Made by a program: the position numbers and the translations under genes
Assembly (NCBI RefSeq): GCF_006345805.1
Contig: NC_042998.1
Span: forward strand, 172,236,001 to 172,300,000
DNA: 64,000 nucleotides
Direction: 5' to 3'
Source of the DNA: Octopus sinensis
Taxonomy: Eukaryota
In this document: positions 37,548-50,000 of the stretch, in pieces
Layout of the letters: every line of letters starts with the position of its first letter
Numbering within the stretch: position 1 is the first letter of the stretch
Notes under the pieces: generated by a model
Told to the model about the DNA's origin: nothing
Seen by the model: only the letters and a program-made list of their open reading frames with translations
Database searches by the model: none

Positions 37548-40500
37548 CACACAAATGTTAAATGTTCTACTAATGAAAGTAAAACATTACCTTTATTAAT
37601 AAAAAAAAAAAAAATTGTTTTGAGCCTAAAAATAATGCATTAAATACTTGCAATAAATCCCATGTTACCTATGTGAAATACCAAATTTACTAGTATCTAC
37701 TACTACTTGAGTTGAAAGCCACTATTCTAAGCAGAAGGTTATGGAAATGCAATATACAAATGAGTGGAAATAGAATATATAATATTTAACATAAAGATTA
37801 CATAAATTCTTGTCTGTTATAACCTTTCCAAAGACAACAAAAAACCAAAAATGTTTCTTACATAAGAGGTGGCATGAAATGAGAACGGAGAATACAAATG
37901 AATTATTGTAGGCTACTTTGCAGATGTCCTCAATACTTGCTCATACTGTAAAAACACATGTGAAAGTATGATGCTGAAGTTAATGTTGGTTGAAATATCT
38001 AACAAAATATGCCAATTAATTTTAAATGCTGTATTATGTGTGTGTGTTGTCTGTAACAAACTTGCAAATGAAAAAAAAAAAGAATTATTAATTTTTATGC
38101 AGCATATAGTTCTTTAATCTTTGTCAGAATTTTAGAACCTTTTAAGTAGTATCTATTTGCATGCACTTCTAAGAGTGTGGTTTGCATTCTTTTTCTTTCT
38201 CGTTGTTGTTGGAACAATAGCAAAAAAAAAAAACCTAGGTCAGAACAATTAGCCAGAATTTCTGACATAAGTTTAGTGTTGCCAGTTTGATGGTATTTAT
38301 ATTAGCATAATCTCTGAGAGGGACCAGTTGGCACAGAATTTAGAACTATCTGTATGTAATCAATGAGAGCACCTCCCTAAAGTTTTTGGCACAGGCTATT
38401 AATATGGTATGAAATGGTTGGTTTAGACGTAATTTCTATTCTGAGAAGCTGTGTGTTATTCTGATTTTCTAATCAAGAGTGCTTATTTATTTATTTATTT
38501 GGTATACTTTTGAAAGAAGTATATTTATAGTTTATTAGTCATTTTAAAGGGGAGCAAGTATGCAAATATTTACATCATATTTGAGTTTATTAACATCAGG
38601 TTTAAGATATCTTGATGCAATTTTCATGAGTTACCTTCGATTTTTATCAGTATATTACTGTTGGTGTTTTTTCTTGGTAATACATTTAAATTTCATATCT
38701 GAAGAAAGATTTAGAATGTCTAAAAAAAGATGGTATTAATCATAATTCAGATGTTAACTTTTTTGTTTGTTAGTTTTCATTTTTTGTATTCTTAAAGAGT
38801 ATTGACCCTAAACTTCTTTAATGGCCAGAAGTAAGCCTTACTCAGTAGTTCATTGTCTATGAAAAAGGTAAAAAGGTCATAAAAGAAGACCAATCAAAAA
38901 GATGTTAGCACATTTTATTGTACGAGAACACACAGTAATAGCTTCAAAATTTTGGGATTCTATTTTTTCACTTGGTATTTATTTGTTATATGATGATAGA
39001 AGGTGGCTAAGTACTCTAATCATCAGTTTTGACTTAATAATCATAGCAGTGAATGTTCCATCATACTGTTTTGTTAGGTAACAGCAAATGTTATGTTTTC
39101 TCCTATTAAATAACTCCAAGGTGAGTAAAATATCAAGCTATGGCTTTGTATCATATAACAAAACAGTTTACTACCTGATGTTCTTCAATTAACAAGTTAA
39201 TTCTTCATTTATAAATGTCTCTTAATTACAAACTACTCTTCATTATTTTAGTTAAATCTGTAAATTTGTAATTAAGTCTGTAAATATATTTTATTACATT
39301 ATAGTCAGTTCTCCTCTTCAATTAAAACACACATCCTCATTGCTTTAAGTTCCACTTTTCCATGTTCACATGGGTTGGACAGAATTTGTTAAAACTATGT
39401 GATAGTCCATAGTACCGAGTATAGGTGCTATTATCATAGCATCTCTCTGCATTCCAAAGACATGATTTCTTTTATGTCATTGAAGTTTGCTGTCAGACTT
39501 TTACTTTCTGATCTGTCCTGCATGGTTGCACCTACAGAGAGATTATTCTCCCTCCAGCATAACCAGGTCACAAGCATGTTTTTTTTTCTTTGGTAATAGA
39601 TTTAGAATTTAAATTTCCAGAATTTTTGTAATACACCAACATACAGTCACAGATCCACACATACACAATATGAATATATGTGGACACTACTGGAGGGCTG
39701 TTGATTCTCAAGAGTTCTTCCACCCTTTAGCAGGTTTTGTATTACATCTTGCCGGGTGTCCAAATAGCAAAGTAAACCTTGGTGGGGTTGCCATACACCT
39801 GACCATAGAACAGATTGTACTTGGTTACATGTTACTAGCAGCACTGAGTGATCTACTAAGAAAAATGCAAGGCAGTTCTTGGAGACAAGTGGTTAATGAT
39901 GTTTGTGTGCAGGCAGCACAATAACAGTATAGTTTGCTAATGGAGGATGTATTTCATGATAGCTTTGGCTTTCTTGAGAATCTTTTAGAAAATTGTTGCT
40001 TGATATGAAGCATTGCCATTTGACAGCCTTCTCTCATTTAAAATGGTTGTTGTTTAACTTTATGTTGACTCAAATCAAGTACACCTATAATCAAAGGCAA
40101 TTCAGCTGACTATTCCATGCCTTTACAAAGTTTTTTTGGACTATATCATCTAATTTATCCTTCTTTTAAAAACAGTTTTGATTTAGAGTTCTATCTGTTA
40201 TTTCTTGCAGGCCAAATGACCACTTAGGGCCTTGGTGTGCAGTGCTGAATGTGTTACTTTATACATAATGAAAATGATACTACTTTTGGGAGACAAATTA
40301 TTAAGACAGTATTGTCTGGAAAAAGAGTAATGGTTTAAGGATTGGATATTTTTGGCCATAGAAAGTGTGTGTTGTTATTAAGTTTGATATAGTAATCAAT
40401 GATAATGAGAAACAGTCTCTATTACCTGCTGTAGAATATTATCAGACACATAAAATTTTATGCGCGCGCGCACACACACTCTGAGCAAAGAGAGTCCATT

Positions 40501-43500
40501 TTCCATGTTGGTATGGGCTGGACAGATTAACAGGATTTTATGATCCCTAAGAGCTGTGTCATACTCCTGTCAGTTTTGGTATGGCTTCTACAGCTAGATG
40601 CCCTTCCTAACACTAGTCACTTTAAAGCATGTACTGGGTGCTATTTTCATGCTACCAGCACTAGTAAGGTTACCAGGTAACTTGTAAGGCCAAAAAAAAA
40701 AAAAAAAAAACAGGAAAGGGAATAGGATAAAAGCCCCTTTGACTAAGTGGCATGGGGCATTGGTTTATGAATAATAGTTTTATAGAGCAATTAAGTTTTA
40801 CATATTTGCTAAATGAACTACATTAACTTTGACTAATTGTGTACTCTTTTAGCTAAAACTCAACTGTAATTTTGTTATGATGTCAAATTTATACATTTGT
40901 TTTTCCCTTTCAAAACTATGAAAATGTTTCTTGTGGAATGTTTAGAAAGTTAACATCAACTAGTTTTATTAAAAATTTTTTTTTTTAAATTGTGATCTAC
41001 AATATACCCATTACATAATGCAGTGAAAGTATGTTCTACATGTGGAAATTAATCAGTTGTAGTGTCTGCAAAATAAACATTAGTGGCATTTATTATTTAT
41101 TGTTTTTTTGGGTAGGGCTGAATGGTAGAGTGGCAGATAAAATGTTTTGTAGGTTTTTTGTCATGTCTTTTTACATTCTGAGTCAAATTCTGTTGGAGTC
41201 AAATTTACTATTCAACTTTTCAAAGATGATACAAGTACCAATTATTCGGGTCTATCAAATTGACTATAAGAAAGGAGGTTGGAGATTGTCTGTTAGAAAT
41301 AATTTTTGTTTTATTCTAATGTTCGTTGTAAAAATGAAATTTGTGTGGAGAGTAGGAAGGACCAAGCTACATACGTGCACATTTTTCTCTCGTAAATGTC
41401 TAGAGTTTAAATCCACCCCCACCCCCCTTTTTTATGACGCTTTTGAATTTTGCTGAAACTAACAAATGATTACAAGTCATTTTCTAATCTGTTTGGATGC
41501 TTAAAACTACTTGAAATTCCATAAGAAATCAGGAAATATTTTCTGGCCAAGCCCTGTTGTTTTTGTATGGTTATTGTTTTAAATTGTCTTTAAACTCACA
41601 GCTCTGACAATGAACTTTGAACCTTTTAAAAAGCTTATACAAGTTGACACTTGAGATCATAATGGTGAAGTTATTAGGAAAGGATTTTTTTTTAATACTT
41701 TTGTTGGTGTTTGAAAATTTAGTCACAAGTATTTGTTTAATAATCCTATTAAGAATAGTCTCTGTTCTATGATAGCTTAAAAGAAATAAAAGCTCTCGAC
41801 CATTATTTTATGTAAGAACCTTTATAGCCAAGGTACTACTCCCTCCGTGTTTTTTTACTGTGAAAAGTAATTTAGTATATTTTGTTAGTAAAATGCTTAC
41901 AGAAAGTTAATGGACAAATAACTAGAACTATTTACACATTAGGTTACTTGGCTGAACTGAACTGTTAAGATTTTGTTTATTTCCTGTTGTAATCTATTTC
42001 TAAGCCTGCACCTTTCATATCCTGCTCTGTATACTTTTCAATCAGAATCGGACTTGAGCTGCTGCTGAAATTCTCTTAATGCTACTTGTTGAAATATTTT
42101 GTGTTATTTTTTTAATGAAAATATGTACAGGTTGTTAGTCTGCGTTCTGCTGCAGGCAGCAGCATATTGTGTCCATGAGTATTGCCTTTTTATAGAAACT
42201 GAAGATTAAAATTTTAATATCAATTTTAATCTGTCTAGGAGTCAATGTGTAAATTATTAATCTATTTCAAGGTACTAATACTTTTATAGAAGTTGACTGG
42301 TGGGCTGCTAATCTTTGTAGTGAGAGGAGAGGTTGTTAATCTCTCAGGTGTTAATAGTGGTTCTATGGCTAATTTCTCTTGGCAGTTGTTCGTTCTGTTG
42401 CTAATCCTTCTGAGAGGTGTTGGTGGGTATCTTGCTAATTCTAATGTGGCTTCATTCCAGGTTCTGTCAGCTCAGCTGGTAGATTTAACTAACTACTTTG
42501 CCTAAGATTATTTTCTTTCTGTATTCTACAACAAAGTAGCTGCCAATCTCTCATAACATATTCTTAGTTGTCTGTGCTATATATGCTATATGTTATGTAC
42601 TATAAATTTTATAATGCCACACTGTCCAACAATAAAGAAAGTATAGATATAATTGGGCAGAGTGAGCTGAAACCTACCAACAGTTATTTATATATCATGA
42701 TAGTGATGAATACAATATTGTTTATTCAAAAGTAACTCTTGTTATAATCTTGTTTATGTTTCTTATGTTTATATTTAATGTTATAAATTTTTTCTCACCT
42801 TCTGTGCTACAGGTGAGTTCTGTGTTATTTTTCTGAAGATATATTTTCGATTGGTAGGTTATAGAAACTTTTTAAATATTGTCTATAACATGGCATTTAT
42901 GATCACTTGAGAAAGCCCAATTATGCTTATGTTAATCTTCATTAGTGTTTTATATAGTGTTTCATTATAAGATAGATCTTTTTTCCTCTATGTATGTAGC
43001 CTTTCTGATGTACTGATGTAAGAGAGGGATAGAGATTTAAAATAAATTTGTCTTAAAATAGTTAGGGTCTAAGGATTACTGTTCTATTTTTCATGAGTCT
43101 AAGGATTACTATTTCTGTTTTAGATATTGCAATATGGTTCTGTTGCTTATTGGAATTATTTACTTAAGATGTTACAAGCCACTTAGAAGAAATTCCTCTC
43201 TTGTGAGAAAGATGGGGAGGGAAGCTTTCCATGAGTAATTGTAATATGGGGGCATGTGCTGTAACAGCGCATCTCTGCATCCACCATGTATTGGTGATTT
43301 CCTACTGCTCCTGGTGGACAACATCTTTGTACCACTCAGGTGACAACCCTCCAACCCAGGGGTTCTCAACCATTTTTAATCTATGGACCCTTTTGATCAC
43401 TATTTTATTCTGGTGGACTCCTAAAGCCATTCAATATTCAAAAACTGGTTTTATAGAAACTGCTTTCAAAATTCTTATTTTGTTTTTCACATATTAAACT

Positions 43501-46500
43501 GTGTAGGTTGAAATGTGTAAAACATTAGAGACAGTAACCTAGCAATTTCTTGCAGTACATACTGATACATACATCTAAAGCAAAATTTTTTCAGAGTATT
43601 GTTGTTGATCCCTAATTTACTATTTTGCTGCATGGACCCTCAGGGACCATATGGACCTCAGTTTAGAACCACTGCTCCAACCTATGGGTCTGTTTGGGTA
43701 GTCGTTGCTGGTGAGGGTTGTACGAGTGCAAATCCTATCTCAACCTGTTATGTTACATGATAATTTTGCAGAAACTGTTGATAAATTTATTGTCCATTTG
43801 GAAAGATATCTTACATTCCTGAAGTTAGATGAGAAGGATAAATTAGATTTTATTTCTCTTAGTTTATTTTAAGTTGGGAAGATACACTAGTTAATTACAA
43901 GAATGAAATAAAGTGGCCTGAAATTACAAAAGAGGTGTTTGATGATAGCATTACATACTATTCAAGAGCTAAATATGTCATTGCATTTAAATTTACTTGC
44001 AGCTAAAATATACACAGTGAATGAATAAAACTCTGTTCATTGAAACAACAGACAGGACAACCTATTAATGACTTTCCCAGGTCTCTTAAAGAGATATCAA
44101 AATATTCTAAATTTTCTTATTTATGGATGAGATGATACAAGTGCTTATTGGCAAGGACTTAACATGGAAGCCAATTGAAAGGCAACAAAACTGGGAAACC
44201 TTTATATTAGAGGATCTGGTTTCTGTAGTCTGGATGGAACAGTTCAGGTGGCTATAGAAGATCTTCTGTTAATAAACAGTGCCTTAATTGAATCAGTTTG
44301 AGCAGCTTGTTAAATGTTGTAATTAGTTGTTTTTGATTTCTGAAAACATAGTGAAAAAGCTTGGTATTGAATCACACTCAGCTTAAATGATGCCATCTAT
44401 TGATGGAAACAAGCTAAACCTGATTGTAAAGACAACGCCTAGCAATTGCTACCTTACACCTGAAATATCTCTTGAGAATATCTGATTCTGCAATTTTGAG
44501 AATCTCTAATTTATCGCAATTCCAGTCATTTCAAATGGAATTTAAGCTACACCCTTGACTTTGCCGTCTATGTTGATCTGAAATCGAAGAGCGTGTTTGT
44601 GAAAGTTTCAAAACTCCAAATATTTACTAACACAAGCATAGAAATTTCTACACAAGCAATACCCATACATTGCCCATCCCACTTCAGAATTGCTCGTTTA
44701 AAGACTGGCAGAATTCATTAAAGTTGAAGTTAATAAACTACTAGTTGAGGGAATAATTACACATCCAAAAAGTTGTCATGGCATTCTCAAGCTGTTTTAG
44801 TCAACAAAAGTGGTGGCAAAAGACATTTAGTGGTTGACTCTGTCTGCTATTAATAGATACACACAGCTAGATGCATTTCCCATTCCACTCATTAGTGATG
44901 TTTTAAGCCAAGTTCACGGAAATCATCATTTTAGTACTGTTGACTTTTGTTCAGTATATTATCAAAAGCCTTTGCCTTCTCAGAAATATTTCAGCCTTTG
45001 AAGCAAATAATTATCCTAATTTATGCAATTGCCTTTTAGAGTAACAAATGGAATGTTGATTTTTAGCAGAGTAATGAGAGAAATTGTTAGGGATTTAAAA
45101 GGGGTAGTTTGTTATTTGAAGTAGGATATGTGGGGAAAATAGGATGTATATTTGGAAGATTTTCTATGAAATAAACAAAATAAATGTTATGACAAAATAA
45201 GGAAAACTGTTTGGTTTGAAAATATATATTGTGTGAATTCTTTGTCTCATGTATGTGTGTAGGCAAGCAGACAAGCATACTTACATGTTTGTGTGTATGT
45301 ATGAATGTATGTTAGGTATGTATATGAAGCAAAGAATTCTCACTTTAATGAATATTAAATCATTGCTTTCTAGAGCATTAAATATGTAACCATCTCATAG
45401 CATTTGAACATAATTCTACACTGGAAAATTCAAATGATTTTCTCTTTAATTCTTTAATGTTTCCTAATTGTAGGCTTCTTTTTGAAAATTGGTCCATCTT
45501 CAGAAAGTATTTAAGGAAAAAAGATCCCTTTGTTAAAAAAAGGTGCTCTTTTACTACCATAGTTCAATTTGCCATATAGAGGCATAATAGTCTGAGCAAG
45601 CTGCTTATTTTGAACTTTTGAATCTAAAAGTCAGTACTGTGTTGTGCCTGGAGTCACTTTGAGCCTAGAGTCTGGTGTTTCATGTTTACTGAATTGTTTC
45701 TCTTGTCTTGCGCCTGTTTGTCTCATTATTTTATCAAGTGGTTCTTCTATGAAAACTTGATCTTATAATTACTAATTAAGAAACCTATCTCCTGTTCAAT
45801 AGGATATAAATCAATCACATGTTCTGTTTAATCCATAGAATAGACTACATGTTAATTTTTGAGAACTAATTCTGGCTAAGCCAAATATGGGAAATACTAA
45901 TCTCTGGCAATCAAGTTGTCCAGATGGAATTTGAACCACTTAACTTTTGGCTCCCACGCTTATACTGTGGAAAGTCTTTTGTTGTTTTGAGTTATCCTTG
46001 TACTGAACATTGTAAATTTGTAATTCTGATTTCATGTTCTTCTTATGTTATTCTCTGAGAATATATTTTCACATAGTTGATAATAAATCCATTTTGGCAA
46101 AAGTCAATGCTTTTTATATGAGATGAAGCTTTTCTAATTATTCTGAAGATTGATTGCTTTTATATTAAAAATCTATTTAGAGAAAATTTGTCTCAGAGGT
46201 TAATTTAGATCTTCCAGTGTTTATTATTAATATATGAGGATTATTTTATTTTTAGTTTTACTTTGGAAGTTTAGAATTGGCAGTTTAAAAATTTGGCACG
46301 TTATATGAATACTTTGTTATATTTTAACTATCTGTAACAAAAGAAATTGATCTTTACTTTGAAACTGGTATACATGCTTATCTTAGTCCTTGTAACAATA
46401 ACTTAATTCTGTAAAAGACTATTTTTGTAACTACTAGTGTAAATTATATCAGCAGTAACTGATAACTATCAGTATATATAGAGATAATATTCGCTTTATA

Positions 46501-47029
46501 AACTGTACTAAAAGGAGGGATAAGGCCAAAAAAGAAAAATGGAGTTTTACAATACAAACACTGCTAGTTTTGCTCACTTTTATCGCAGTGAGGTTAAAGA
46601 ATGCAAATGAATCAATGTCACTCAGAGTAATTATTAGTGTTAGTGATATTGTTTACTTGGCTCATCTCATTTAAATTCATGTTTATTTTTCTGGTTAGAT
46701 TAAAAAAAAACAAAAGTGGGGAGGGCGGATAATTTATTATCTCTTATTGTGCCTTTTGAATTGAACTATCTCTTGGTCACCCACTTACTCTCTTGTCAAA
46801 AGGGGTTGAGCATTTTGAATTATTGATTTTTAAACAGATGACCTTACGAAGGACATCTAGCTGTAAAAACCAGTCCAAAGCAGACACTCGAGTATGATGT
46901 GCATTGTACTCTAGTGACAAGGACTGTAGTCCTTAACTCATTGGGTCCTTGTCAAACTGCCACATGCACCCCAGTATGGAACAGATGTTAAATGATGATT
47001 TTTAAGTTGAATATATATATATATATATA

Positions 47030-47067
<38 letters not shown>

Positions 47068-50000
47068 GGGCTTCCACACTGTTTCTAGTTCACTCACCAA
47101 ATTCACTTACAATAGCTTTAGTAAAAGATACTTGCCTAAGGTACCATGCAATGGGGCTGAACCTGAAACCATGTGGTTGCAAAACAAGCTTTTTAACCAC
47201 ACACCCATGCCTGTGCCCAAAACATTTAAGTGGCGTTCAACAACTAATTTTTTCCTTTGACTTCTAGCAAATTATGAAGAAACTTTATAGTAGTGTGTGA
47301 TTACCAAATTTTGACATTGAAACAGCTTCCTATGACTTTAATTTGTAGTTGTTCTATGATAATTAAAAAAATAATATAAAAATGAGAAAATGCGTCAGAA
47401 CAATTAGTTTCATCTAGCTGAAAACAGTAGTTAGACTTTTCGATAACATTGCAGCCATAATCATCATTTAATGGCATCTTTCTGTGTAAATGTGGTTTAG
47501 ATGCCTGTTCAGTATTATCATCACTAATTTTGATGCTATATTGACTTGTCTCGAAAGGGCTCATTGGCCTCATCATTTCATTCCATGTTTTCTTCGGTCT
47601 TTAGTTAATGATGATTTTTTTTGTAATCCTCACCATTCATTTATTTACATTGCGTGTCAATAGCAGTATAGTTGTCTGTTGCAAATATTGGCTGATGCCT
47701 TTGAATGTCTCTCAGAACTGCTCTCAACTCACTTATGCTCTGCCTTTCAGTCAAGTTTGCCAATCCTTTCTGATGATTTTTATATTAGATGATATCTATA
47801 TTTATGAGTGTAAATTATATAGATATCTATGAATTCTCTCCCTCTCAAACACACACTCACAAAAGAAACGTATGCTAGAATGCTAAACTAAAATTATTAC
47901 TTAAAGAAATTTCAAATATGAAGTATTAAAATTTTTCTTATTTTAAAATGTAAGTATATAATTGATGTATAAACCATTATCTACAAGGGTGTACCAATAA
48001 AAATTCAATGTTTTTAACACCTGTGCTTCATTAGAGTTTTATACCTGTTTCCAAGCTGTTTGTAAAAATGGAATTTTTTTAATTATATAATAGTATTTGT
48101 ATGTTTATGTTTTGGGTTAGGAGCAATAAAAATGTCTTTTATTACAACTATCACCACTAGTTTTGTAATGGGATTTTGAAATTAATCTTTGGATTATCAA
48201 TGCTAATTAGTCATTTATCATTTTTAAAGTGTTATTAATTGGTTTTATGGTAATCTGTTTTGCAATTACTGTCAGAAACACCTAAACATGCATTACATTA
48301 ATTTTACCCTGTTAGGCAAGATAGGGTTTGAAAATATTCCCTTATGAATATTTAGAGCTACTTTTTCTGTTTTTTAACATGGCACACTTTCTTCTGTTAA
48401 TCACTCAATTGTGAAATGGCACTGATACTATATTCAGTTAGGTAACATTGTTTTCCTTTGGTTTAGAGCATTGACTAAAGGGGAGTTTAAAGTCAAAATC
48501 TTGTGGGTGGCTGTTCAGGATTTGTATTTCGTAGGCTTCATCTTAATAACATGTAATTTTATGTTCTTTTTGTATTAATGCCCATAAGAGAAGAGAGGAA
48601 ACAAGCTAAACAAACCTGAAGTTTCTTTTCTCTGCATAAATACTAATGTTTGCCTTTCCTATTATCACCTGTTGTGACAGATTAGTAGAAAAGAAATAGA
48701 ATGAATGTATGTCTCACCCAATACCTGCATTATATCCATTATATATACATATATATATATATATATAATGAAATGTAAAAGCACCTGCCTCGTGGAAGCA
48801 ATGTGACCAGTCTTGCATAAATGGTATGTAAAAAGCACCTTTGGAGTGTTGGGCCATACAAAGACATCAAGCATTGGGCCTCATGGAGGCAATGTGGCTG
48901 ATGTCAGTGTTGTGTAATTGGCACCTGTGCTGGTGGCATGTAAAATGTACCTTTCAAGTGTTGGGTTTCACAGAAGCAATGACAAATAACTGAGACCTTT
49001 GGCAATATGCCATGCTTGAGAAGGATACTGATTAAGCCAAGTGAAATTGTAGTCGTCGTAGATACCGGAGTCATACAAGTGGCACCCGTGCTGGTGGCTC
49101 ATAAAAGTACTTGTTACACTCTTGAAGTGGTTGACGATAGTAAGAGCATCGAACTATAGAAACCATGCCAAATGAGGCTGGAGTCTAGTGCAGCCCCTCA
49201 GCTCACCAGCTCTGGTCAAACTGTCCAACCCATGCCAGTATGTACAACAGATGTTAAAAGATGTTGACGATGATTTTTAGATATATATATTTACATTGAG
49301 TCATCCCATAAATATTGCGGTTTTTTTTGTGCTACTTTTATTTTTCATAATTAAGATAAAGTTCTTTTTCAATCTAAAATATACCTTTCTACAATGCTCT
49401 TCCATCTTTCTGGTAGACTTGCACAGTCCATGTTCTAAAATTCACTTGTACGTGATGAAAAGTACTCCAGTACTGTTCTGACCTCATCTACAGAATTTAT
49501 GTTTTCTGTCCAAATGATTTTGAAGACTATAGAATAAATAATCAGATGGAGCAATGTCCAGCGAATATGGTGGGTAGGGCATTGTTTTCCATTCTAACTA
49601 CTCCAGCCTTTGGAATGTCATCCTTGCTGTATGTCGCCAAGCATTATCCTGGTGGAAGAACACCTCTCATCTTGAAACCAAAGATGGTCGTTTTTCTTCT
49701 AGCTCTGACTTGGACTGGTTGAATTACTAAATCCAAGCTTCTCTGCTAGTTTCTCAACAGTTACAATGGGATTTTGTTCCATCAGGGTTTGCAGGATGTC
49801 CCTGTCAAGCTCTACAGATCTTTCAGGATGAGGTTCATCGGCTAGGCTGTAGTTTCCAGCTCCGAATTTCTGAAACCACCATTGACACTAGTTTACACTT
49901 ATTTTTTGATCCCCATATACTGCCTTAATATTCCTTGCACTTCCCATTGCATTGTTGGCTTTATCGAACTCCTAAAGCAAAATATGCCAAACATGCTCCT

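Noticed and set aside
41031-41456. 141-aa ORF
   Set aside because: Spans a degenerate SINE and low-complexity sequence; no domain or splice support.
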